A stretch of DNA of 64,000 nt. Source: Lama guanicoe (lineage: Eukaryota). The stretch spans positions 186,001-250,000 of the forward strand of contig MU053216.1 of the NCBI GenBank assembly GCA_013239625.1, given 5' to 3'. The notes beneath the pieces were generated by a model. The model made no database searches. It was not told the origin of the DNA and was given only the letters and a program-made list of their open reading frames with translations. The position numbers were made by a program, and so were the translations under genes. Below, in pieces: positions 1 to 11,750 of the stretch (positions within the stretch are counted from its first letter, which is position 1; every line of letters begins with the position of its first letter).

Positions 1-2049
1 CCTCAAGCTTTGGGGGCCCCCTTCCTGCCGTCGTCGAGGGAGGAAGGGTCCTGGAGCTCCAGGAGGCAGAGACCCTGGATCAGGAAGCAGGAGAGGAGAA
101 GAACTACGGGGATGATCTGAAAGTGAGGGTCAGGAGGACCTGGGACAGAGACGACAGGGGGTTGAAGGCACCCTCGCCTCTCTCCAAATCTCATGACTCA
201 GCAGACCTAGGACATCCCGTTCCTGCGGCTGCCCTCCCCCAGCTCTGGGCCCCAGACCCAGAAAGTGAAGACAGCCCCACCCGCTCTCTGGACTCTCATT
301 TACCTCTCCCATTTGGGGTCCCCCTTCCCCTTCCTCTATTTCCTCCCCATCTCAGGGCACAGGGTTGTTATTTCTTAACTAAAAAGATAGATGGTTTATC
401 CTTTCTCCTTCCCCCTTTTCATTCCCACATTCCGCAGGTGCCTCCAGGACACCCCTAGCCCATAGAGTGTGTGGGGCTTACAAAGCCCCCCTCCCCCTGC
501 AGTGTCCTCCCCCATTCGCTGTTGGCTAGAGAAGTAAGCGCGTGCCACTGCTTTCTCCTGTAGCGGCCGAGATAAAGGAGTACAAGGACAGAGGAGGTGG
601 TGGCCCAGGAGTGGGGCACTGCAGTGGGGAGAGAGGGCTGCCTAGATGGGAGTGGGGGTAGGCTAGACCTGGAGAGCTGGAGCGCTCCCTCCCCTGCCCC
701 CGTCCTGCTGCTGCCTGGAGGGGAGGCTCCCTGGTGTGATAGATTGTCCTCAACCCATCCATCCAGCTCCTGGTAACCAGGGCACCTCATCAGAGGGTGT
801 GACTGTGGGGAGCAGGGCAGCCCTTAATCCCTCCAGGTCATCTCCCCCTGCTTAGGTCCAAGTCCAGCCTCCAGGCTGCTGGAAGCATCTCTGTGGCCAC
901 CAGAGAAGCCAAAGAGAAGAGCCAAGCCCAGTGCCCCTAAAGCCCTGCCAGAGGGGCTGGCGGGAGGGGCAGGGCAGCTCTGATGCATTGGGATGTGCCT
1001 GGCGTCCTGGTGAGCAGTGGCCTGTGTCAGGGCTCTGGGGCTGAGTCAGCACCAGGGGTCCTGGCTGGGCACACTGTGGCCTGGCCCAGAGAGCCCAGCC
1101 CTTCTCCTGTCCATGCCCCTGGGGAATGACAAGTGCTAGCTGGAGCCTCACTCCAGGCTGCTTTTCGTGGGGGACCTTCCTCTGCCCTGCCCACCTCTTG
1201 GATGGATGCCCCTGGGGGACAGATGCCTAGCTCTTGGACAGGCAACATTTTGCGGGGGGTGGGGTGGATTATTCAAATACAGTTTTCATATTTTCAGCTT
1301 TGGGGCCTGATTGCTACAGAGCAGGACCAGGGGAGGAGAAAAGTGTTGGCATTTGTGAGCGTTGCCCTTTCCCCACAGAAGAGCTTGCAACTGGCTCCGT
1401 CTCAGGAACACTGTTGGTTTTGTCCCTGGGCAAAGCATGTGCTAGTTCAGACCTGGCAGGGGCAGGGAGACCCTTTCTGGAGCTGAGTCCAGGCTCTCCT
1501 GACCTTTCACCCTCAGGCAGCTTCCAGGCAAATGCCAAAGGGCCCCCACATATACACACTACAGAGACCTGGGGAGGGGTGGCCTTTGGAGGTGACTGCA
1601 GGGGCCTCTTGGCTGCCCTCTCCAGGCCAGTATCACCCAGCCCCAGTGGCCCTAGTGGCCCCTTAGTCACTTCCTGGACTTTGTCCTGTCTCCTGTCTCC
1701 TGGGTCTCCTGTCCTCCCCTCAGAGAGCAGAGGGGCAGCAGGTGGGCTAGGAGCTGGGTGTGGGGACAGTGAGGATGCAGGGGAGGAGGCTGGGGCTCAC
1801 TGGGCTGGGAGAGTGGCCCGTTGTCCTCTCCCTGTCCCCTCGTGGGCAGTCGGAGGCTGTGACACTGGAATGGGTAGTTGGCCTTTCCTGACCTAGGTTC
1901 TGGCTGAAGCTGGGTTTGCTTTTCTTGAGCCAGACGACGCGGAAGGTCCCGGGTGACAGGGATGCTCTTCCAGAGCTGGACTGGCCGCCAGGGGAGTGAC
2001 AGTGGGTGCTGACTCTGTTGGGGCTGTGAGTAAAGCAGGAAGCAGCAAG

Positions 2050-2592
2050 CCGTGGAGGCTGGGAGCCCCACAGGCCTGGGTTCAAATCTCTGGGCCACTA
2101 ATTACAGAGTGTGCGACTTTATTAATTCAGCAAGTGCTTATGGTGAGCACCGGCTTGGTGCAGGCCGTGTTCTAGTCACTGTGGGTGCCACGGTGAACAC
2201 GGCAGACAAGATCCCGGCCATTCTGAATTTCGCATCCCAGGGGGCTGAGGCAGGTCACTTGGGTGCTCTGAGCATCAGTTTCTATGTTGTTCAGCCACTA
2301 CTTTTTGAGAGTCCACTGTGTGCCAGGAGCTGTGCTTGGCAGCGGAGACTCAGTGGGAACAGAACAGCCCTGGTTCCTGCCTTCATGGCACGTATGATCT
2401 TGTAAGTAACACGACCGAGCAAATAATCACACAACTAATTAATCACAATCGTGACAAGGTTTAGGAAAGCGTGCAGGATGCTTTTTGAAAGCATGTGATG
2501 AGGTGACCTGACAAGGTCTGGTGAGTTTTGTCTGTAAAACAGAGGTGATAATACTTACCTGTAGGGTAGTAAGCACTCAGTAAATGGGAACT
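2050..2592 (+). mobile_element. MIR SINE split into three collinear pieces by two L2 3'-end insertions (L2 on - strand)
   Basis: MIR pieces ~2050-2120 (cctgggttcaaatc...gtgcgactt), 2249-2283 (ggcaggtcactt..ctctgagcatcagttt) and 2529-2592 (tctgtaaaac...agtaagcactcagtaaatg). L2-type segments at 2121-2245 and 2288-2520 (attcagcaa..gagcacc; tttgagagtccactgtgtgccagg..cctgccttcatgg). Confidence 0.7.
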
Positions 2593-2799
2593 TTTGCTGT
2601 GGCCTGCTGGACAGATACAATTCTAAATTTTCACGTGAGCCATCATCACACAGGCAACAAGATGACATTCCTCCAACACTCGATCAGAGGAGCTGGGGTC
2701 CAGGAAGCCCCCAACCCCACATGGTGACCGATGTGATTTCCTTGGAGGAATGTCAGCTCACAGAAGTCTGTCTCAGGGGCAAGGTGGTGCCTTTGGCCA

Positions 2800-2985
2800 G
2801 GTTGCCTGGGTTCCGTGGGGCTCTGCCACTCACTCTGACTGTGGGCAATTTAGTCAAACTGTGTTTCTCAGTCTCCTCATCTGTAGGATGAAGATAAGAT
2901 TCACATCTAGGTTTTCTGTGAGGATTAAATGAATTAATTCCTGGAACCTGTTTGGATGGGCACACAGAGCGTGGTGAGTGCTGTG
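2800..2985 (+). mobile_element. MIR SINE
   Basis: gcctgggtt..ggctctgccactcac..ctcagtctcctcatctgta..tgtgaggattaaatga, the MIR core. Confidence 0.8.
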
Positions 2986-3799
2986 TAAGCACAGACTGGA
3001 TTCTTTCCTGGGTTCTCAGCTGGAGAGACCACGTCCCCTCCCTGTTCTTAAAAACTCGGGAAGAAGCTGCCTTAACTGCCTCCAGGGCTGTTCCAGTGCT
3101 TCATGCCTCTGACTGTCAGGTCGCTCTTTGTGCCTGCCGAGCCATATCTTGCCCAAGTTTAACTGCTGGGAAGGATTTGTCCCAGCAAGCCTTCATTTTT
3201 ATCCTTGGAACTGGTAGTTCACAGTAGTAGCCAGAATGATGAGTAAGTTTGGATCATGAGTCTGGACTTTGGGAAGCACCCGGCTACCAGCCCTTCCCCC
3301 AAAGACATCTGAACTTCAGCAAGGGGCCCAAAGTTACGCACCAAGAAAGACTCCCCAAATGCATGGGCTGCAGCGATGTCCTGAAAGCTTCCTCTGGATC
3401 ATTTCCACCAGAGTTCCCCTCACCTGTCTGGCCAGGAGCCCATCTGACTGAACGCCAGGGTCAGGAGGTGGGAAGCTAGTCCCCTTCCAGACCTTGCTGC
3501 TCAGGAAAGTGGGATAGAGGTCTGGGACCATGATCGTGGCCCCTGAGCCCCAGAGGGTTTGGTGCCACCAAGCAGCCCCCAAGTTGGGGGTCAAGCAAGA
3601 GACGAAGGGGGAGTCACCCTGCTGCTGTGAACTCAGCAGAGGCTCTTCTTTGCTGCTTTGTCTGGGACCTCAGGACCCCAGCTCTTACTGCAGGAAGCAC
3701 TCACTGGTGGGTGTGAGGAAAGGCAGGCCCAGTGCGGCAGGGGGACTGTGGAGCAGGCGCCAACTCCTCCCCTCCGTTACCCCCACACCGCCCCATGAA

Positions 3800-3910
3800 G
3801 CTTTTGCATCGCTCATCGCTGCCATCCTCAGTACAGCCATCACCGCCCCATTTTACAGTGAAGAGGCAAAGGCCCAGAGTAGTTATGCGACTTGTTCAAA
3901 GTCTCACCCC
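3800..3910 (-). mobile_element. MIR fragment
   Basis: ccccattttacagtgaagaggcaaaggcccagag..gacttgttcaaagtctcac. Confidence 0.7.
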
Positions 3911-4366
3911 ACCAAGGGCAGGCACGCTGGGGGCTTTGCAGGCCACCGTGGCTGACAGGTCAGAACTTTCCTCCCCAGCCAGCCTCCCCTGCCTTGCCCT
4001 TTCTCACTAGCTCTGCCTGTGGACAGCAAATGAACATGGTCACCAGTGCTCAGGGACAAGGCTATTCATTCCTTGAGTATAAACAGGACACTGGTGACAG
4101 ATCAGGCAGTGATCCCCTGGCAAAGTTGAGTTCGCCTCCCTCCGTGGTACTGGGTTTCCATGGACTTGCCACAGGGCTTTGGCAGCCTCAGAGGCACCTG
4201 CTCAGAAGCAGGGCAGCATGGTGGGTGCACCAGACCAGGTGAGGGGCCCCGGCCTCAGCAGCCTTGTCTGAGCAGACGCTGACGTCATCGGCACAGGAGC
4301 CTCTGCAGTATCCTCGTTTAGTGATTCCAGGCTTCCTCTGATGCCCACAGCAGCAGGACATGGGCC

Positions 4367-4418
4367 TGTGTGTGTGTGTGTGTGTACATGCGTGTGTACA
4401 TATGTGTACACACGTGTG
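4367..4418. repeat. (TG)n-based perfect purine-pyrimidine alternating tract, 52 bp
   Basis: Uninterrupted RY alternation; contains the inverted repeat CGTGTGTACA-tatg-TGTACACACG. Confidence 0.9.
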
Positions 4419-5739
4419 GGGCCGTGGGACCCAATAGAGAAGGGCTCCCGAAAATGTAGAAACCAGGTGGTGTCTAACTGCTTCTGCTTTGTGTCCAGGC
4501 TTGAGAAGCTGGGATTCGCATGGGACTCACAGCCCTGCACCCAGCTGGGCCCTCTCGCCCCTCCCAGTGCAGATGGACTGAGACCTCCCAAAAGGCCCCA
4601 GAGATGAAAGGGAAGCTCAGAATAGCGGCACCTCCTCCCATCAGCCTAGGAGCACCCCCAGGGCAGGCCCTTCTGTGGGCCCCTAGCCCCGGGTTAGGTC
4701 TCTGCAGCGAGGGCTCACCTGTGCCTGGGCTCGGTGGGGCTGGGCCCCCAGGTGCTCCCCAGGCTAGGACAGCATCCCACCAGAACCAGGAGCTGGTTCT
4801 TCTCAGGCTGGGCCCCGGGGCCCTCTGCAAACAAGCCAGGAAGCCTGAGGCCTCCTCGCTGGCAGTCTGGGGCCAGGGTGGGACGGTGGCCCAGCAGTGG
4901 GTGGGGTCAGGGAGCTCCCCTGAGGCATTTGTGGGGACCAGGTGCCTCTTCGTGGGACAGGGAGTCCTCAGGCCGCCGAGAGCCCTAGCAGGACTCCCCG
5001 TAACTGGGCTGATGCAGTGGCCCTGGAGTTCAGCAATTAAGGAATATTCCAAATATTCACCCATTCCAGGCATCTAATAGCAGGTGTAGTGTAGACTGTG
5101 GGCCTGGCACTAGGGAGGTGGGAAAGCAGAAATGAACGGAGGAATGGGAGGTGGGCTCTGAGCCTGAGGAGGGGTGGGCCAGGAGGAACTAACCCTTCCC
5201 ACCCCCAAGTAGGCAGAGGGACTGAGCTGGTGGGAGGCCGGGTCCCACCCAGGCCTCTGCTTCTCAGCTCAGGGGGGATTAGAGCGGGGTGCTTGGCAGG
5301 GGCTGGGGGAGTAAGGACAGAGGCCGGGGGTGGGGAGCTCTTCTCCCAGCCTCCTGCTCTGCTCTGGAGAGGATGGGGTTATAACTGACCGAAGGGTTAG
5401 GGTTAGGGAGCTGCCTGGGGCCTGTCTGTGACCCCCTTTCTTCCCTTCCTTTCTCTCTTCACCCCCTTCCTCACGCCCACTCCTGGGGTCAGTGTCCTCT
5501 GTCGCACATGAGGCAGGCCCTGTGTTAGCGCTGGCAGGGTGGGCAGCGTGCTTGGCCTGCGGCCCACTGTGGCCTAGAGCCACTGTCCGTCTCCTTCCAG
5601 AGCAGAAGTGACTTCCCCAAGGCCCACCTGTGCTCTGGGCTCCAGGGACGCTTCCTGAGAACGCCTCTCCGCCTGGCGTTGATTCTGGTCTGGACTCACC
5701 GCCCTGCATTTGGGGCCGTCCTTCTTGCTTTGGAAGGAC

Positions 5740-5850
5740 ACTGAGAGAGCAGCTTTTCTCCTGTTTGCAGACAGGAGGCCCTTTGTGATGTCTGATCTCA
5801 ACTTCTTCCCCTGCTGCACCTCGACCTTGTGTCCCCGACCCCTTCCCGTG
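5740..5850 (-). mobile_element. CR1/L3 LINE relic (ORF2 C-terminus)
   Basis: Minus-strand translation GRGHKVEVQQGKKLRSDITKGLL resembles the CR1 motif TRGH/NxxKLxQGRFRLDIRKNF. Confidence 0.55.
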
Positions 5851-8800
5851 TGGACAGTACCTCGCAGGAGCCCAGGGGGACCCGGCAGGGCAAAGGGGCC
5901 TCTGAGGGCCTCACCTCTCTCGTGTGTTTGGAGAAAAGCGAACACACAGTCCTCTGTCTCTGTCCTCCGTGGGGCCACCTGGCTGCCCACTTCACTGTCC
6001 ATCATGATCCCTGATTGAGCCAACTGATGTGGCCAAATTTGCAGGCCGGTGACGGGGTCGCACATCAGGTGCAGACCCCTGGATTCCCAGTTCGCCTCGG
6101 AGGGCTGAGGAGTGCAGGGAGGGTAAACAGACCTGGTGGCTGAGGGATCAGGGTCCTGGGACAAAGACCTAGGGCTGGAATCCAGCCTCCCTCTCTGGGG
6201 GCCAAGGAAGCACAGAGTTAACTGACGGAAGGGGACAGGGCTCCCTCTCTCAGTTTGATTCTCCCATGAGGAGGAAAGGCATCACTTTAATAAGACTGCC
6301 CTGGTTCCAAATCAATGCTGGCTTCGCAGAAGGCAAAGAGGGAGGCACAGCTGAGAAATTGGATTAGCTCTTTGATGCTGGGAACCTTGCTGCTGCTGGG
6401 CTGTGCAGGAGGGGCTGGCCCCAGAGGTCTGAGTCTTCCCGGGGACCCGGACCCCGTCCCCAGCTAGGCAGGTCTCCTGATGGGTCTCCAGGGATCACAG
6501 AAAGTGACAGACGCCAGGTCTTCACCACGCAGAGGCTTCCCTGGGGTGTAGACAGTGAGCGTGGGGAGAGGAGGTGAAGGGACGACGAGAAGGTGCCCCG
6601 GCCCCGGTCCAGGCCCCACAGCTGCATGCTCTCCGGGACACCTCCGAGAACGCATGTGCAGACCAGGCCTGCACTGCTCCCATTTCCCTGCAGGAGTTCC
6701 TCACGCTAAGCCCAGAGACTAATCTGAAGATAAGGACCCGGCCCTGGTGGAGAGCATGTGAGGTCCTGGGACGGCAGTCCTTAGAGTGGTGTACGGGCCC
6801 ATGGCCCCCCAGAGTCTTCCAGGAGGTCCGCAAGGTCGAACTGGCCTCAAAGAGCCCAGGCTCCTTGCTGTTTCCGCTATGCGCAGTGACGGTATGGCAG
6901 CCATGGTGGCCAAGACCACTGCGCGCCATCGCAGGCGTCAGGGCAGGACATCAGACCATTCCAGCCCCTGTGCTGTCCCCACCACATGCCTGCTGAATAA
7001 ATCAATGCTAGTTTCTTTAAATATTGCTTTAATTAGATATTTTATTAAACCTTGACACTTGAGTGCACACCTTCCTAATACTCTCTGTGATAAAACAGGA
7101 AGTTCACATACAGCACTTCGGTCTGAGAGCATTTGATGTTTCACCCCCATTTACAGGTGGAGTCAGTGTCCCCCAAGGACATATCACAGGTGGGCAGCAG
7201 AATCGGCACCCCATGTGGCTTGTTGGGGAGGGGACCGCTGCCCGGGGACTGCGGACAAGGCCCGGCACAGGCCGGGTCCTCAGGGCTCTACACCGGCCGT
7301 GCTGCTGGCGTGAGTGCACCGGCCCTGCCCACGCGGCCCTGGGGTGCAGGGAACCCGGGCGCCAGCCCCTCGGGAGTGAAACCTTGCCAAGGGGGCCTGC
7401 TGCTTCCGTCTGCCTGTTGCCGATGGGACCTGGGGCCCCTGCTAAGCAGGCCTCTCAAGGGCCTGAGAAGTAAGAGTCAGCCCTTGACCCCCGACAGTCA
7501 GGAGTCCACACAGTCCCTCCTGCTGTGCTGGGGCCACTTACTCTCATTCTGTGCCATCCCTGGTCCAGCCTGCGAGTTGAGGACTGGCGGGTCCGTGCAC
7601 ACAGTCCAGCAGCTGCAGAGGAGCTGAGAGCCGGAGGCGGTGCTGGACCCTGTGTGCCTGGACAGCCGCCCATGTGATGGAGATTTAGCGCCCTGACCCC
7701 CCAGCTAGGAGGTAACTGTTCCTCCCCCAGGAAGAACAGAGGTCTTGCTGTCTCTCCCGTGGCTTCTGTGGCTCTGGCTCTGAGAGACTGTGGTCGATTC
7801 ATCCTGGGGGTGCTCAGAGAGAGCAGGGCGGGGAGGTCTGGAGGACTGTGCAAGAGCCACCTTCAGACGAAGGCAGATGTCTGCATATGCACGCCTGGCC
7901 CCACAGGGAGCCCACGTCCCACTCTTCACGGCCACACGGGGTAAGTGACCATCCTGGCACATGGCTGATTCCTGGCTCAGCCGTTCTGGGCTGCCCACTG
8001 CTGACCAGGAATGTGAGGGACCGAGACAGGAGAAGATGGGGCCACCTGGATGAGGGGTTGCTGGAGCAGTTTGTCCTTTCCTGGGGGTGGACGTTGAGGC
8101 CCTGGGCACTGTCCTGTGGGGTCTCCCAGCTACAGCAGGAGTCAGGCCCCTGATCTCTGCTCTCCTAGTGTCCCTGAGCGTCTGGCTCTTCCTTTTTGTA
8201 CCCAGGAGACGATTGAAGGTAGACCCTGGGCTGGGCACCAGTGGGTGGGGGTGAACTCAGCATTGATTGGGAGCTGCTCAGAGGATGTGGGTAGCCCCCC
8301 CTAGGGCAGGCTGGAACCCCTAGGCCTCTCAGTTCTGGGGCACAGGGCTCTGGCCCTTAATAAACTAGACAGGTCCCACAGGGGCCCGTCCCAGGGCCCA
8401 CCTGCTGTCGCCCTACTTCCAGAGACCATTTCTTTCTAGTTTGTGGTTTGCAGCACCTCCAGGCACAGAATCAGAGTAGGGAAAAGTCACAATTTCACAT
8501 AAACATGAGAGGCCCACCGCCACCCACACACTGCTGGCGGCCTGCCCACGGGCACTGGTTCCTCTCGTGTTCCTTGGAAATTGAGAACAAAATGGAACCT
8601 GAGGCCTTGTCTGCAGGTCGTAGCTCTTCTAGGAGGGGGTTGCTGGGGTGTGGGGGTTGGTGCTCAGAAGCAGGGGCTTGGTGGGACATGGATGAGACAA
8701 GGTGTCTGGTCAGGACCTGGGGCACCAGGACTGCGCGGGAGACACGTGTTGGGGAGGGCTTGGGGTGGGGAGTATAGCCTCTAGGCTCATGAAATCCTCA

Positions 8801-9011
8801 ACAACGTGAGGGGCTCGTCCAAAGCAGGGTCCTCGTCAGACACGACCTACAGAGTCTGGAACCCTGTCTGTGTCCCGAGCTCTCCAGGGACAAAAGTCAT
8901 GCCGTTGCCTCTTCTCTGTCCTCAGTAGTGGAGATGATGGAGAAGCAGGGACCTCTGGCCTCACAGTCTCTCAGCTGTGTGTCGCTGGCCAGGCCCGGGC
9001 CACACCCTCCT

Positions 9012-9195
9012 CCTCACTCACTCACTCACTCTCACTCACTCATTCACTCCTGCAGAAGCATACACGAATGGGCATTCTGCTAGGACAGAGCTGACCAGTC
9101 CCTGCCCTCAGGGCACTTAAAGGCTGAGGAAGCAAAACAGTCAACAAGAGGATCATTTAATTACAATTACGACAGTTGGTGTGCAGTAGAAAGCA
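9012..9195 (-). mobile_element. L2 3' end with (TCAC/TCAT)n tail
   Basis: (tcac)n tail followed by ..gtccctgccctcaggg..aaacagtcaacaag..taattacaat. Confidence 0.65.
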
Positions 9196-10489
9196 CCGAG
9201 TGCCGAGGGCTCATGATGGGGTCCTCCAGCGGGTGGGGATGGTGGGGATGCTCCCGGCACTTCTGGGGTGTGGGTGCATCTGTGTAGCCCAACCCTGGGG
9301 GCGGGGCTCCAGGAAGGGCTCTGAGTTGGGGGTGGGTTCTGGGCTTGGAGGCTGTGCAGTGTTGGCTCTGCCTCCAGTTCCCCATGTGGCCTTGAGCTGA
9401 TCATTCCCCTCTTTGTAGCTGCTGCTTCCTCTGTCAAATGAGGAGATTGAACTAGAAAATCCTGCCATCCCTTCTCAGGGTCCCAGAATAGCATTGGAGT
9501 TTTTCAAGGCCAAACTGTAGATCTTCTGGAGGCTGAGACAGAAAGTCAGGACCAAGGCTAAGAAGGCTCCTGGGCCCTGAGTCCAGTGAGCAGGTGCCTG
9601 GAGAACAGGCCCAGAGCCAAGGGTGTCTCACGCTGAGGAGTGGGTATGCAGATGTGTCCCAGCAAGGCAGGCATCAGGGATGGAGGTGTGAGAGGAGACG
9701 GCAGCTGGCCTCGCCCCAAGGGCGGGAGCAGAGCAACGGTTAGAACAGAAGCACGCAGGGCTTAGGGTAGACATTAGGCAGCACTTTCTTGATTGTGGCA
9801 CCGAGACATCTGGCAGGTGATCAGCGGGGTGAAGAAAGGGTGTCATGTTCGTTCCAGAAAAGCAGAGAAAGAGCTTTTCAGAGGGAGTGTTTGTGTGAAG
9901 GCAGGGGTGGTGGTGACCTTCCAAGGTCCCCCCTCAGACAAGTCCATGCATCTCTCCTCCTTGCCGTGCCACTGATGTCAGCGCCGTCTGGACGTCTGTG
10001 AGAGAGAGCTGTCAGGTCCTCTTGGAAATGAGTTTCTGAGCATAAACTATCCCCAGTCCACATCTCCTGATGACATGTGTGGCTAACTGTGCCGCTGTCA
10101 CACTCGGTCAAATCGAGCGCAATTACCCCTTTGCTCTCTTGTCCTGCTGTAATAGGAGTACGGCCTCTGAGAAGTGTGTTAGTTGCTGGTGACGTGATTG
10201 CTGGGGAGGCTGGGGTTGGCGGTTAAGGGAGGCCAGGGTGTTTCATGTTTCAGACCCAGAAACAAGGGCAGGAGACGGGCTTTTCCTCAGGGGACCTTGG
10301 GGCAGTGCTGTCTCTGGAAATGAGTGGGGATCAGATGCCCTCTTGAGGGGCCTTCATGTCCTTGGACTTTTTTGTTGTTACCTTGGCGACGGGTTCTCTG
10401 TGTGTGTATGTGGGGGGGGGTGTCTACTGAAACCCCACAGCCCACTTCCACTACAGGAGACACTCCACATCTTTAAAAATGATTCACAG

Positions 10490-10635
10490 TGTCAGAAAGG
10501 CAATAGTCTTAACCTAAAACACAAAAGATTTCAGGCAGATGCAAGAGGAGTTTCCGGACAGTACATGTGGTTAGACGTTGTGACAGATGACCAAGCAGGT
10601 GGTGAGACCTCCTTCCAAGACAAGTCAGGGCCAGG
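10490..10635 (+). mobile_element. CR1/L3 LINE relic
   Basis: Translates KGNSLNLKHKRFQADAR (CR1 RGNxxKLKHxRFxLDxR motif), followed by the ccaagcaggtggtgagacctccttcc CR1-type 3' motif. Confidence 0.6.
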
Positions 10636-11729
10636 CTAGGTTTAGGAGAGGGCAGACTGACCACCATGACTGCCTCTGTCCCAGGGTCTGTGTGGGTGTA
10701 GACATGCTAGGAGAGCTGCGTGCAGGTGTCATGCTTCACTGTGTTCGCTAGGTGCATCACAGTGTAGGGAGAGGAGAGGAGGGGCAGGGGAGAATGCTGT
10801 GGGCGTGAGGGGCAGAGCAGGGTGAAAGCAACCCCCATCAGTGCTGTGATGGGGTGTGTGTGTGGACTCAGCCCCAGGAGACTTCAGTTATGAGAGTCAA
10901 ACCTGCAGGAGGACATGCAGGTACCCCCACCACCTGGACCGCCCATTTATTTCCAGGATGCTGTACATCTCCTGTTAAAACAGCTCTTTTGTCTGTGATC
11001 CATTCACATATGCTGAATGTTTGCCCTGCAATGAGCAACCATCAGTCAGCCTCAATATTGAAGGGGCAGGAAAGAGCCAGGTCCCTGAAGAGTACGGCTT
11101 CTCAGTTTTTTCAGCTGGGACTGTAGCCTGGGGCTCCGGATACACTCAGCTCTTTCTTTTAAACACAACCCTGATGTTATTCCAAGTGTTCTCAGGGAAT
11201 CTCAGGATTTATGCTGGAAATGCATAAACCTAATCTGAGGAGGGATGGGCAACGCGTTAATGTTTTGAACCCCTCCCCCCCACCCCAGCACTAGACTCTA
11301 AGGACCCACAGAAGGGTCACAAGTCATGACTCTGGACCTTGGAGGTGTGGCCTTGAAAGACCCGGATACCCACCCCCTAGCCTCTTGGCAGGACCCTTCA
11401 AAATCCCCCTGCATCTGCTAAAGTTTCTCCTGTTGTCCACAGAGCCTCCGGACGTCTCGTGGCGTTCCATCCTAGTGACTTCCTTCTTGGAAAGTTCCCC
11501 CTTGGAAACCGTGGGGATGACTATATAAGTCCTGTTGTGTTCTCACTTCCAGCTTTCTGAAAGGACGGTCTCTCAGCATCTTAGATCAGGTGGCCACACC
11601 CAGCTAAGGTGTTGAGCAGCGGTGACGGGGTCGGATGATGCTCTTGGATGTCTGCTGTTCGTCCGTCTCCGTGTGAGAGTGCTGAGGCCCCGCAGTGCTG
11701 AGAAATGCAAACCCCGCGGTGGGCGGGTG

Positions 11730-11750
11730 TTCAGCACCACGGACAGAGCC
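11730..11750 (+). promoter_or_regulatory. RE1/NRSE (REST binding site)
   Basis: TTCAGCACCACGGACAGAGCC matches 20/21 positions of the canonical RE1 TTCAGCACCACGGACAGCGCC; lies in a small CpG-rich patch (~11610-11950). Confidence 0.92.

Noticed and set aside
490-590. CpG-containing patch with donor-like AA|GTAAGC, a possible distal SYT2 first exon
   Set aside because: SYT2 has a distal promoter in other mammals, but there is no clear CpG island or exon boundary here
5392-5408. GGGTTAGGGTTAGGG telomere-like motif
   Set aside because: Only about 2.5 units, expected by chance; not an interstitial telomere
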